A model generated the notes under the pieces. It worked only from the letters and a program-made list of their open reading frames with translations. It was not told the DNA's origin and ran no database searches. Positions 43,739-51,742 of a stretch of 51,742 nt of DNA are shown here, in pieces (within the stretch, counting starts at the first letter, position 1; each line of letters starts with the position of its first letter). A program made the translations under genes and the position numbers. The stretch comes from an uncultured Christensenellaceae bacterium (GTDB lineage Bacteria; Bacillota; Clostridia; Christensenellales; SZUA-584). The stretch spans positions 1 to 51,742 of the forward strand of contig CAZSMH010000002.1 of assembly GCA_964607965.1 (NCBI GenBank). Reading direction: 5' to 3'.

Positions 43739-45073
43739 ATGGATAAGCATATCCGGCAAAAGCTTATAGAATTAGGCGTTAGAAATGGAGAAAAACTCGG
43801 CGTTGCCGTCAGCGGCGGTGTTGATTCTATGGTGCTTCTCCATTGTCTGTGCAGGCTGCGCGATGATATGGAGCTTAACCTTATCGCTTTTCATATGGAA
43901 CACGGCATAAGGGGTAAACGTTCTGAAGCTGATATGCAGTTTGTTATCAGCGAATGCAAAAAACTGGGCGTTTTATGTATTGCGGAAAGAGCAGACATAC
44001 CAGCGCTGGCAGAATCGCGCGGGATATCTGTGGAGACAACAGCGCGTATAATACGTTATGAATTTCTGGAAAAGCAGGAGGCTGAGCATATAGCAACAGC
44101 GCATCATATGGATGACCTTGCTGAAACCGTTATTATGAACTTGGTACGCGGCAGCGGTCTGGCTGGTCTTTGTGGAATACCGGAAAAGCGCGGAAGGATT
44201 ATACGCCCCATGCTTGATATTCCCCGTGCAGAAATAGAAGACTACGCACACCGACACGGTATAGCTTATGTAAAAGACGCTACCAATAACGATATATCAT
44301 ATACGCGCAATTTAGTACGATTGCAGTTGATGCCGCTGCTTAAAAAGCTAAATCACAAGGCTGCCGAACATATAGCAAAAACATCCTTTATACTTGCAGA
44401 GGACGATAAAGCGCTTTGCCGGGTATCAAATCAGGCAGGCGGCATAAGGGCCGTTCCCGGCGGTGCAGAAATAGATTTAGAAGTCTTTTCGGCACAGATG
44501 CCCGCAATACAAAAACGGATGGTGCGGCAGGTTTTTGATACGTATTTTAACCTGTGCGATGTAGGAAGCATCCACATCGATGCGGTTATAAGGCTTGCTC
44601 AGCAAGCAAAAAGCGGTAAAAGGCTTGAGCTGGTAAACGGTATTTTAGCGGCGGTTGTTTACGGCAAGCTACTCTTTACGCGAACTTTTGAAAAGGAAAG
44701 CTGTTATTTGGAATTTCGCGGCGATGGAAGCTACAATTTCGGGGACATTGTGATAACCTGCAGTGAGTATAATAGTGAACCGGAATACATAAACGGAACG
44801 GAGTATTTTAACGCAGAAGCACTTTATGGGTCATGTTTCCGCTGCCGTAAAGAAAGCGATTATATCCGCCCGCTCGGTATGAAAGGGAAAAAAAGGCTCA
44901 GCGATTATCTGTCCGACAGGAAAGTGCCTCTGCATGAGCGTGACTCGCTGATATTGCTGGCAAAGGGCAGTGAGATATTGTGGGCTGTGGGCGTTGGAGT
45001 TTCCGAAACTTCAAAAGCAGTAAAGGGCGGTCTGTTATATAAAATGATTATTGGGGAGAATACACATGCATGA
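43739..45073 (+). CDS. tilS: tRNA(Ile)-lysidine synthetase
   Basis: The PP-loop is VAVSGGVDSM. It occupies the conserved tilS-hpt-ftsH context. ATG at 43739 is preferred over the ORF-track start at 43679. Confidence 0.9.
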   Translation: MDKHIRQKLIELGVRNGEKLGVAVSGGVDSMVLLHCLCRLRDDMELNLIAFHMEHGIRGKRSEADMQFVISECKKLGVLCIAERADIPALAESRGISVETTARIIRYEFLEKQEAEHIATAHHMDDLAETVIMNLVRGSGLAGLCGIPEKRGRIIRPMLDIPRAEIEDYAHRHGIAYVKDATNNDISYTRNLVRLQLMPLLKKLNHKAAEHIAKTSFILAEDDKALCRVSNQAGGIRAVPGGAEIDLEVFSAQMPAIQKRMVRQVFDTYFNLCDVGSIHIDAVIRLAQQAKSGKRLELVNGILAAVVYGKLLFTRTFEKESCYLEFRGDGSYNFGDIVITCSEYNSEPEYINGTEYFNAEALYGSCFRCRKESDYIRPLGMKGKKRLSDYLSDRKVPLHERDSLILLAKGSEILWAVGVGVSETSKAVKGGLLYKMIIGENTHA

Positions 45074-45605
45074 CGACATCAAAAGGGTTTTGTTTACAGA
45101 AGAACAGGTAAAGCTTAGAGTATCACAGCTTGCGGAAGCTATAAAAAAGGATTTTGAAGGAAAAAGTCTCCTCACAGTTGGTGTGCTGCGCGGCGCTGTG
45201 ATGTTTTATGCCGATCTAGTAAGGGAACTTGACAGACCGCTTCATATGAATTTTATGGCATTGTCAAGTTATGGTGCATTATCGCGCAGTTCGGGAGCGG
45301 TGCGTATTCAATACGACTTGGAGGAAGATATCGAAGGGAAAAATGTACTTATTATTGAGGACATTATTGATTCGGGGCTCACGCTTTCGTACCTTACAAA
45401 GACGCTTCGTTCGAGAAACCCGGCAATACTCAAAACGTGCTGTCTGTTTGATAAGCCGGACAGGAGACAGGTTGAATTTTGCCCGGACTATGTGGGCTTT
45501 GTAGTGCCGGATGTTTTCATTGTAGGATATGGGCTGGATTTCGCGGAAGAGTACAGGAACTTAAAGTATATCGGAGAATTAAAAAGCGAAATTTACAAAA
45601 AATAA
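45066..45605 (+). CDS. hpt: Hypoxanthine phosphoribosyltransferase
   Basis: The PRPP loop is LIIEDIIDSGLTLS. There is an 8-nt overlap with tilS. Confidence 0.93.
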   Translation: MHDDIKRVLFTEEQVKLRVSQLAEAIKKDFEGKSLLTVGVLRGAVMFYADLVRELDRPLHMNFMALSSYGALSRSSGAVRIQYDLEEDIEGKNVLIIEDIIDSGLTLSYLTKTLRSRNPAILKTCCLFDKPDRRQVEFCPDYVGFVVPDVFIVGYGLDFAEEYRNLKYIGELKSEIYKK

Positions 45606-45659
45606 ACCAAGTTTAAATTGTGTTAACAAAATGTTGTGAAGTCGTTAAACAGTTTCGCG

Positions 45660-45688
45660 TTGAAAAGCTTAAAACGATATGATAGAAT
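45660..45688 (+). promoter_or_regulatory. Candidate sigma-A promoter of ftsH
   Basis: The elements are TTGAAA (45660-45665), a 17-nt spacer and TAGAAT (45683-45688). Confidence 0.55.
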
Positions 45689-45720
45689 GTCAGACACAAT
45701 AATTTTAGGAGGACAACTTA

Positions 45721-47691
45721 TTGAAAAAGTCGCCGCGCGGAGTGCTGATATATATACTTTTATTTGTTGCGGTCTTTCTGCTTATTCAATTAATGTCGGA
45801 ATCTACAACAAAGGATGCCCGCGAAATTGATTATCGTGTATTTTTAGATTTGGTAAAAGAAAAACAAATTGAGCAGGTTGTTATCAAGGAAAACCATTTA
45901 TATGCTCTTAAAGCAGAATCTCAGGTAAATCCGGAAAAGTTCCCGGAACAATACGATTATTATACATATATACCTAGCATAACACAGTTTAATGAAGAAA
46001 TAATGGCAATAACTAATGCGGCAGATCCTTTGGAATACGGCTTTAAGGTAAATTACGAGCCGGTGCCGGGTCCTTCCCTTTTAGTTCAGCTTCTCCCGTA
46101 TCTTATACCGCTTGGGCTGCTCGTGCTGTTTTTTACCTTTTTTATGCGTCAGCAGCAGGGAAGCGGAAATAAAGCGCTGTCTTTCGGAAAGTCCCGTGCA
46201 AGGCTTCAGGTATCGGATAAAAACAAGAAAACGTTTGCCGATGTGGCCGGCGCAGATGAAGAAAAAGCCGAGCTTGCCGAGATAGTGGATTTTTTGAAAA
46301 ACCCGAAACGTTTTATAGATTTAGGTGCGCGCATACCAAAAGGAGTATTGCTTGTAGGTCCTCCCGGAGGCGGTAAAACGCTGCTGGCCAAAGCGGTGGC
46401 CGGAGAGGCCGGTGTACCTTTTTTCTCAATAAGCGGATCTGATTTTGTGGAAATGTTTGTGGGCGTCGGCGCTTCCCGTGTGCGCGATATGTTTGAAAAC
46501 GCCAAGAAGAATTCGCCGTGTATATTGTTTATTGACGAAATTGACGCGGTAGGCCGACAGAGGGGCAGCGGACTTGGAGGCGGACACGACGAACGCGAAC
46601 AGACGTTAAACCAGCTTCTTGTTGAGATGGACGGTTTTCAGGTAAACGAAGGAATAATAATACTTGCCGCTACAAACCGCAAGGACATACTTGATCCGGC
46701 GCTGCTTCGTCCCGGTCGGTTTGACAGGCAGATTGTTGTAAGCTTCCCGGATGTTAAGGGCAGGGAGGAGATTTTAAGGGTTCATGCTAAGGGCAAGCCG
46801 CTTGATGATACTGTAAACTTAAAAGTATTGGCCAAAAGGACTCCGGGTTTTATCGGCGCGGATTTGGAAAACGTACTCAATGAAGCGGCCATACTTACAG
46901 CACGTGCAAAAAAACAGCGTATAGGTATGCCCGAAATTGAAGAGGCGATAACGCGCGTAATTGCAGGGCCCGAGAAAAAGTCCCGCGTAATAACCGAAAA
47001 AGATAAAAGATGCACAGCCTACCATGAAGTTGGGCACGCCATATGCGCAAAAGCACAGCCGGAGTGCGATCCTATTCATGAAGTATCAATTATACCCAGA
47101 GGAATGGCTGCCGGATATACTATGACACTGCCCGAAGATGATACGCAGCATGTGTTTAAATCAAAACTTCTTGCCGATCTTACTATGCTGCTGGGGGGCA
47201 GGGCTGCCGAAAAACTGGTTCTGGGCGATGTCAGCACCGGTGCGATAAGCGACCTTCAGCGTGCCACAGAAACAGCGAGAAATATGGTTATTAAATTTGG
47301 TATGAGCGATGAGATTGGGCCGCTGTTTTTAGGGAGCAATCAGGAGTTGTTCATAGGCAAGGAGATTGGGCACACCCGCAATTATTCCGAAGAACTGGCA
47401 TATAAGGTTGATGTTGAGGTAAAAAAGATACTCGATGCCGCGATAGAAAAATCCAAAAAACTGCTTGCCAAGCATATGGATAAACTGCACAGCATATCCG
47501 AGGTGCTTATCGAAAGAGAGCGGCTTGACGGCGAAGAGTTTAATAAACTTTGGAACGGAGAAAAACTGCCGCCTATGGAATCAGCGGAGGACACGAAAAA
47601 AGAAGATAAGCAAGACGATAATAACAGTACTAAAGGACAAAATGCGGATGTGCTTATAGATGATGATACGGAATCCGGATTAAAGAAGTAA
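45721..47691 (+). CDS. ftsH: ATP-dependent zinc metalloprotease FtsH
   Basis: Two TM helices are followed by an AAA+ Walker A GPPGGGKT, the SRH, and the zinc site HEVGHA. The TTG start follows AGGAGG. Confidence 0.96.
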   Translation: MKKSPRGVLIYILLFVAVFLLIQLMSESTTKDAREIDYRVFLDLVKEKQIEQVVIKENHLYALKAESQVNPEKFPEQYDYYTYIPSITQFNEEIMAITNAADPLEYGFKVNYEPVPGPSLLVQLLPYLIPLGLLVLFFTFFMRQQQGSGNKALSFGKSRARLQVSDKNKKTFADVAGADEEKAELAEIVDFLKNPKRFIDLGARIPKGVLLVGPPGGGKTLLAKAVAGEAGVPFFSISGSDFVEMFVGVGASRVRDMFENAKKNSPCILFIDEIDAVGRQRGSGLGGGHDEREQTLNQLLVEMDGFQVNEGIIILAATNRKDILDPALLRPGRFDRQIVVSFPDVKGREEILRVHAKGKPLDDTVNLKVLAKRTPGFIGADLENVLNEAAILTARAKKQRIGMPEIEEAITRVIAGPEKKSRVITEKDKRCTAYHEVGHAICAKAQPECDPIHEVSIIPRGMAAGYTMTLPEDDTQHVFKSKLLADLTMLLGGRAAEKLVLGDVSTGAISDLQRATETARNMVIKFGMSDEIGPLFLGSNQELFIGKEIGHTRNYSEELAYKVDVEVKKILDAAIEKSKKLLAKHMDKLHSISEVLIERERLDGEEFNKLWNGEKLPPMESAEDTKKEDKQDDNNSTKGQNADVLIDDDTESGLKK

Positions 47692-47701
47692 TAATTTTAA
47701 A

Positions 47702-47744
47702 CCCTGGTTGTCAGCACTGCCGGCAAGCGGGGTTTTTTATTTTT
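47702..47744 (+). terminator. Probable intrinsic terminator after ftsH
   Basis: CCCTGGTTG-N13-CAAGCGGGG forms an imperfect stem with one mismatch and one wobble, followed by TTTTTTATTTTT. Confidence 0.5.
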
Positions 47745-47913
47745 AAAAAAAGCTAAAGGTTTTAAATAAAAATGACGATAATAACAGAAACGGAGTTTTG
47801 GCTCCATACGGGATGGATAAAAGGCCTGGCATAAATATATCAGGCAGCCGGTTCATTAAATTAATGTGCCCGGGCAAACGTGTGTGAATGTTGCAAGGAA
47901 AGGAGGGAAAGAG

Positions 47914-48171
47914 GTGGAAACCATATGGGATCTGGTTAGGGCACAGCCAATCACCAACAGGCTGTACGAAGTTACTAAGGCGAATGAAAAAGCCGCGTCT
48001 ATTGAGAACAGGGCTGTTAAAACGTCCCCGCAAATTCCGATTGTTCCGATAGAAAATAATGCTGTGCAGGCCGAAGGTCCCGCGTATTCTGTGACACTGA
48101 GCCAGGAAGCCATCTCAGCGTCCTTGCAGGATGTTAAAGGGACTGATTCAAATAAGCCGGACACAGGCTGA
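47914..48171 (+). CDS. Small hypothetical protein (about 85 aa)
   Basis: The ORF is 47866-48171. GTG at 47914 is preceded by AAAGGAGGGAAAGAG. A terminator lies about 110 nt downstream. I recognise no family. Confidence 0.4.
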   Translation: METIWDLVRAQPITNRLYEVTKANEKAASIENRAVKTSPQIPIVPIENNAVQAEGPAYSVTLSQEAISASLQDVKGTDSNKPDTG

Positions 48172-48281
48172 TGGCACAAATTTACTGTTTAAACGTAAAC
48201 TTAAATGTATCTGACAACAGGTTTATTAAATGATGCTAAAAGGTATAAATGAGTTTGTTTAATATAAATTTATAGCAAAAA

Positions 48282-48312
48282 AGCCTTTGTAAATAATACG
48301 AGGGCTTTTTTG
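48282..48312 (+). terminator. Intrinsic terminator in the ftsH-rsmA spacer
   Basis: AGCCTTT-N11-GAGGGCT, which includes G-U pairs, is followed by TTTTTT. Confidence 0.5.
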
Positions 48313-48491
48313 CTGTATGTTTATTGGTGGTGGCGTAAATTATTTATAATTAATTATAAATGAAAACAGCTGCACTGTCAAATAAAAGTAAAACAAAAGA
48401 CATAAGATATTAATAAAAGAAACATAATATTAAAATAATGCAGTGCAGAAAGAATAAAAACTTTTCAATAAAAAAATGATATAATTATCAA

Positions 48492-49340
48492 ATGGATAAA
48501 GTTACTTCTCCCAAGGTGCTTTTGGCACTATTAAACAAATATAATATTGCACCGCTAAAACGTTTCGGTCAGAATTTTTTGATAGACGGCAATATTGCCG
48601 AAAAAATTGCTGCGGCAGCGGTACCGCAATCGGGTTTAGTTCTTGAGATAGGTCCGGGCTTCGGAGCGTTGACTCAGAAGCTTTTGGCACGCGCAGAAAG
48701 ACTCGCGGCATATGAAATTGATGCAGGTATCTCAAAAGCGTTGCTTGATATTTTCAGCGAAGAAAAAAGCTTTACATTGTTTCACAAGGATTTTTTAAAA
48801 GCAGACATTGAAACCGATTTGGAGAAGCATTTTGGGCGAAATAAGATTTACGCTGCGGCTAACCTGCCGTATTATATTACCTCACCGTGTATAATGAAGC
48901 TGCTTGAGTCCAAGCTTAACATAGAAACGATAACCGTGATGGTTCAAAAAGAGGTTGCGGAGCGTATTTGCGCCAACCCTGGCAGCCGAGATTACGGAGC
49001 GTTCAGCGCAGCTGTTGGTTTTTTTGCAGAAACTAAACTTTTAATGCGAGTGCCCGCTTCATGTTTTTATCCAAGACCTGATGTGGAATCCGCCGTTATT
49101 AAGTTAAAGAAAAAGACACGCAGCGAGGCTTTAGCCAATGCGTATCACAAAACCGTCAGGATTCTTTTTGCTATGCGCCGGAAAACCGTTTTTAGTAATT
49201 TGCGAAAAGGGTTAGATCTTGATAATAATGCGGCAGCGCAAATACTTAAAACAGCACAAATAGACAGAAATACAAGAGCTGAGACGCTAAGCGTTGACGA
49301 TATTATAAGAATCAGTGAAACGCTCAAAAGCAGTTTATAA
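48492..49340 (+). CDS. rsmA: 16S rRNA (adenine1518/1519-N6)-dimethyltransferase RsmA/KsgA
   Basis: The motifs KRFGQNFL, the SAM site EIGPGFGALT and NLPYYITSP are present. Confidence 0.93.
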   Translation: MDKVTSPKVLLALLNKYNIAPLKRFGQNFLIDGNIAEKIAAAAVPQSGLVLEIGPGFGALTQKLLARAERLAAYEIDAGISKALLDIFSEEKSFTLFHKDFLKADIETDLEKHFGRNKIYAAANLPYYITSPCIMKLLESKLNIETITVMVQKEVAERICANPGSRDYGAFSAAVGFFAETKLLMRVPASCFYPRPDVESAVIKLKKKTRSEALANAYHKTVRILFAMRRKTVFSNLRKGLDLDNNAAAQILKTAQIDRNTRAETLSVDDIIRISETLKSSL

Positions 49341-49342
49341 AT

Positions 49343-49870
49343 TTAGCCGCGTATATAATTTATAAGCGGTATTAGATTGTTTTTATCTGTCCAGTCCCCT
49401 CCATTATTAAGGTTGTCTAGGAACGAAGCTTCAGACGGTTCAAGCGCGGCAGGGTCCTTTTTTGACACCATGGTATGAAACATGTTCATAATCATCTTGT
49501 CAAAACCCTTTAGTTTCTGCATATCGATTGCGCCCCGGCAGTAGAATAGCTTGATGCCTTCAAGGCTGCCTGTCATGTTTTTCTTAATAAGTTCATCGAT
49601 GAGATTATCATCGAAAGGCGCTGCGCCGACAGCGAAGCACATTACGCGTTTTTCTTTCAATGCATCTGCATTATCTCTGAGCAGAGAGAGCCCTTTTATG
49701 CCCGACGCATAGATACAACCTCCGTAAATTACTGTGTCATAGTTTTTAAATTGTTTTGACTTAAACTGTTTTCTTTCAACGGCTTCGCAGTTTAGAAGCT
49801 CTGCCAGCCAATTAGCATATTTTCTAGTCGAGCCGTACTTTGATTGGTAAATAACTATTGTTTTGTGCAT
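49343..49870 (-). CDS. Flavodoxin-domain protein (HemG/Flavodoxin_5-like)
   Basis: The N-terminus is TIVIYQSKYGSTRKYA. ATG at 49870 follows GGAG. It is convergent with rsmA, with a 2-nt gap. Confidence 0.78.
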   Translation of the reverse strand: MHKTIVIYQSKYGSTRKYANWLAELLNCEAVERKQFKSKQFKNYDTVIYGGCIYASGIKGLSLLRDNADALKEKRVMCFAVGAAPFDDNLIDELIKKNMTGSLEGIKLFYCRGAIDMQKLKGFDKMIMNMFHTMVSKKDPAALEPSEASFLDNLNNGGDWTDKNNLIPLINYIRG

Positions 49871-49917
49871 AATAAACTCCATTATAATTATCAAATATTT
49901 TGTCACCGTAAGCAGTA

Positions 49918-50280
49918 TTATAGGTTCTTACATATAACCCTTGATTGCCGTATATGCCGTATAGCATCATCGGCCAGCATTATCATAAAAGCCACGAGCA
50001 GCATTGCCCAGAAACCTGAAGTGATAACGCCGCCTATGATTCCATTGGCTATAACAAGAGTAAGCAGGTTTGCAAATACGCTGGCAATACCGAAAGTAAT
50101 GATATTAAACGGAAGGGCTATTGTAACAATCAGCGGACGTATTAAAGTGTTGACGGCTGCCAGTACGAGTGCAGCGGGAATCAAACCTGCGGCTGTACCG
50201 GGCAGAAGGCATATAGCCAGTGCAGCCAGCAGTACTAAATAATAAACCGCTGCTTTAGTTAAAAAACGTAATATAAACAT
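49918..50280 (-). CDS. DUF360 / phage-holin-family-4 membrane protein (YvlD-like)
   Basis: There are four hydrophobic helices and the motif NTLIRPLI. ATG at 50280 is 7 nt after GAGGTG. Confidence 0.72.
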   Translation of the reverse strand: MFILRFLTKAAVYYLVLLAALAICLLPGTAAGLIPAALVLAAVNTLIRPLIVTIALPFNIITFGIASVFANLLTLVIANGIIGGVITSGFWAMLLVAFMIMLADDAIRHIRQSRVICKNL

Positions 50281-50285
50281 AGTAA

Positions 50286-50561
50286 TCACCTCAACAAAAA
50301 ACGTATATGCAAATTGGCGTCAGGGGACTTGATATCTATATCTGCCAGATCGAGAGGACCGTAGTTTCTTACCAACGCAGCAATGTTTTCAAGTAATACT
50401 GCAGCGCCCCAAACTTTCTTGCTTGCAAACCTGAACAGACACAGCACATCGGCATAACCCTCTATCACCTCCGCCATGCAGCGCAATGGAAACAAAACGA
50501 CTAAAGGAAACCAGCCTATACGGATCAGAGCGACAGCAAAGCTGTTCTTTTTAGTCGACAT
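50286..50561 (-). CDS. Small hypothetical protein (91 aa), possibly membrane-associated
   Basis: The ORF is wedged between neighbours. Its ATG overlaps the upstream stop by 11 nt, and its stop lies inside the RBS of the next gene. I recognise no family. Confidence 0.4.
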   Translation of the reverse strand: MSTKKNSFAVALIRIGWFPLVVLFPLRCMAEVIEGYADVLCLFRFASKKVWGAAVLLENIAALVRNYGPLDLADIDIKSPDANLHIRFLLR

Positions 50562-50961
50562 AGACTCTCACCGTTGCGCCTTTCTCGGCTGTACCGGTTT
50601 CAACATTGACCAGTTCCTCAGAAATTTCGCCGTCCTCAAACATCTCAATAAGCTCTTTTAAGTTTATTGCGTCAAGGTCTATGCCGTTCTCATTTAACTC
50701 TTTCTTTACATCCTTAGGCATAAGAGATACCAGACCCATGGCTTTTTTAGCAAGTGAAAGCGGTACATTTACATTAACTTTGGCTTTTTCTTCGTTATCC
50801 GGGTCGTTAACGTTTACGCGGACGCGCAGCATAGTCTTTTTGGCGTTCTGTTGTTTTTGATCCTCACCCGGCTTTAAGGCGCTAATAAGCTTTTCACCTT
50901 CCGCCGGCGTTATCTTGCCAATCTTGACCATCTCCAGCACTTTATAAATTTCTTCGTTCAT
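50551..50961 (-). CDS. SHOCT-like domain protein (resembles the N-terminal module of YvlB/LiaG-type proteins)
   Basis: The N-terminus LEMVKIGKITPAEGEKLISAL is a SHOCT-like helix pair, followed by VRVNVND...VNVNVPLSLAK. ATG at 50961 follows GGAGGA, and the ORF track extends to 50976. Confidence 0.62.
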   Translation of the reverse strand: MNEEIYKVLEMVKIGKITPAEGEKLISALKPGEDQKQQNAKKTMLRVRVNVNDPDNEEKAKVNVNVPLSLAKKAMGLVSLMPKDVKKELNENGIDLDAINLKELIEMFEDGEISEELVNVETGTAEKGATVRVYVD

Positions 50962-50992
50962 AGGTTTTTCCTCCATTAATTAATAATTATTT

Positions 50993-51370
50993 TTAGTTTA
51001 GATTCTTAAGCAGTTCTGCGGCCTGCTCGGCAGAAATTTCTCCTGCTTCCAGTCTGCTGATAATATTGCGGCGCTCCTCTTTTATATCCAGCATCGATAC
51101 TGTGCTTATAAGCCCAAGTTTATCGAGAACCGCGTCCAGCCTGTTTCTTACAGTCGGATATGAAATGTTCAGTTCCTTTTCTACGTCCTTGATGCTGCCC
51201 CGGCATTTTAAAAACGTAAGCACAAATGCTGCATCATCGTTTCCAAGGCTGCAAAAATCACAGCCGGAAAAATGACCGCCAAGAGAGCTGCTGCATTTCT
51301 TACATGTCAAAGCTGTAATCTCATATGAGCCTCCGCATACCGGACAGTGTGTAGGTGCTTTATGTGCCAT
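50993..51370 (-). CDS. DUF2089-family zinc-ribbon/HTH protein with C-terminal SHOCT-like tail
   Basis: The zinc ribbon is CPVCGG...CKKC...CDFC. The HTH-like segment is KDVEKELNISYPTVRNRL. The C-terminus reads LEAGEISAEQAAELLKNL. The RBS is GGGAGA. Confidence 0.78.
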   Translation of the reverse strand: MAHKAPTHCPVCGGSYEITALTCKKCSSSLGGHFSGCDFCSLGNDDAAFVLTFLKCRGSIKDVEKELNISYPTVRNRLDAVLDKLGLISTVSMLDIKEERRNIISRLEAGEISAEQAAELLKNLN

Positions 51371-51693
51371 TTTTTATCTCCCGTTTTAAATTATATAATA
51401 TTAATAGCATAAAAAATTTACAATGTCAATAATAAAATTAAAAATATTAAGTACGCAATTAAAATATTTAATATATTTAGCTATTTAAATAAACTTAATG
51501 AAGTTCACAGCTTTGCTTTAAATATTTGTTTGTATAAAATTACGCAAAAGTCTCGCTATTAAATATAAATAGTAATTTATGGTACCGCTAATGAATAAGA
51601 TGTTTTTTAGTATGAGTATAATAACAAAAAAGGCCATAGAACCGATGTTTTCATAATTAAAGCATATTATTATTAATAGCTGATATAAAAGCG

Positions 51694-51722
51694 TTGACAA
51701 GTAGAAATGTGTTTGATAATAT
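51694..51722 (+). promoter_or_regulatory. Near-consensus extended -10 promoter reading out of the window
   Basis: The elements are TTGACA (51694-51699), a 17-nt spacer and TGaTAATAT (51714-51722). About 320 bp of very AT-rich DNA lies upstream. The target gene is beyond the window end. Confidence 0.5.
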
Positions 51723-51742
51723 ACTTGAGCGCCCGTTTTTGG

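Noticed and set aside
47914-48171. The small ORF as an anti-sigma-28 factor FlgM, based on the VTLSQEA-like motif
   Set aside because: The protein ends about 20 aa after the motif and lacks the C-terminal sigma-binding helices of FlgM. No flagellar genes are nearby.
51518-51700. A 60-aa minus-strand ORF in the terminal AT-rich spacer
   Set aside because: It has an Ile/Leu/Asn/Phe/Tyr composition driven by AT richness, lacks an RBS and overlaps the predicted plus-strand promoter region.

Overview
This is a core-chromosome window from a Firmicute, probably class Clostridia. The taxon guess rests on a long Bacillus/Clostridium-type SRP RNA, remB-gyrB-gyrA, Soj/Spo0J with consensus parS sites, a long-form HPF and a ComFB protein. 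GC content looks mid-40s percent by eye and was not computed. I call about 48 protein genes, and nearly all are housekeeping. They include soj-spo0J, cvpA, a lipid kinase, dusB, mreB, an LCP protein, nadE, gyrA/gyrB/remB and a single-chain purL. They also include hpf, purA, prs, a class B PBP, tsaC plus an LMW phosphatase, ychF, ppiB and serA/serC. The last stretch holds greA-lysS, mnmE-mnmG-tilS-hpt-ftsH and rsmA. One non-coding gene, the SRP RNA at about 20960-21230 on the minus strand, explains the largest ORF-free GC-rich gap. I saw no tRNA, rRNA, CRISPR array, IS or transposase, prophage, or recognisable defence or toxin island. I cannot point to a clearly novel multi-gene system. The items that deserve a second look are listed here in rough order of interest. 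(1) A self-contained promoter, structured leader of about 160 nt and strong terminator sits between gyrA and a solute-binding-protein/nadE operon, and matches no riboswitch class I can recognise by eye. (2) Two tandem perfect parS palindromes lie right after parB. (3) An archaeal-type sulfide-dependent homocysteine cluster (COG1900, NIL-ferredoxin, COG2122) is packed into one gene string with tsaC and a phosphatase. (4) A four-gene DUF2089/SHOCT-like/small-ORF/DUF360 holin-like operon lies near the window end. (5) Several expression oddities appear, including a hairpin inside the purA leader and a probably leaderless rsmA. (6) Origin-proximal genes are present but scrambled, and dnaA, dnaN, recF, rsmG and noc are absent. 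All product calls come from motif and family recognition by eye, so start codons and RNA ends are approximate.
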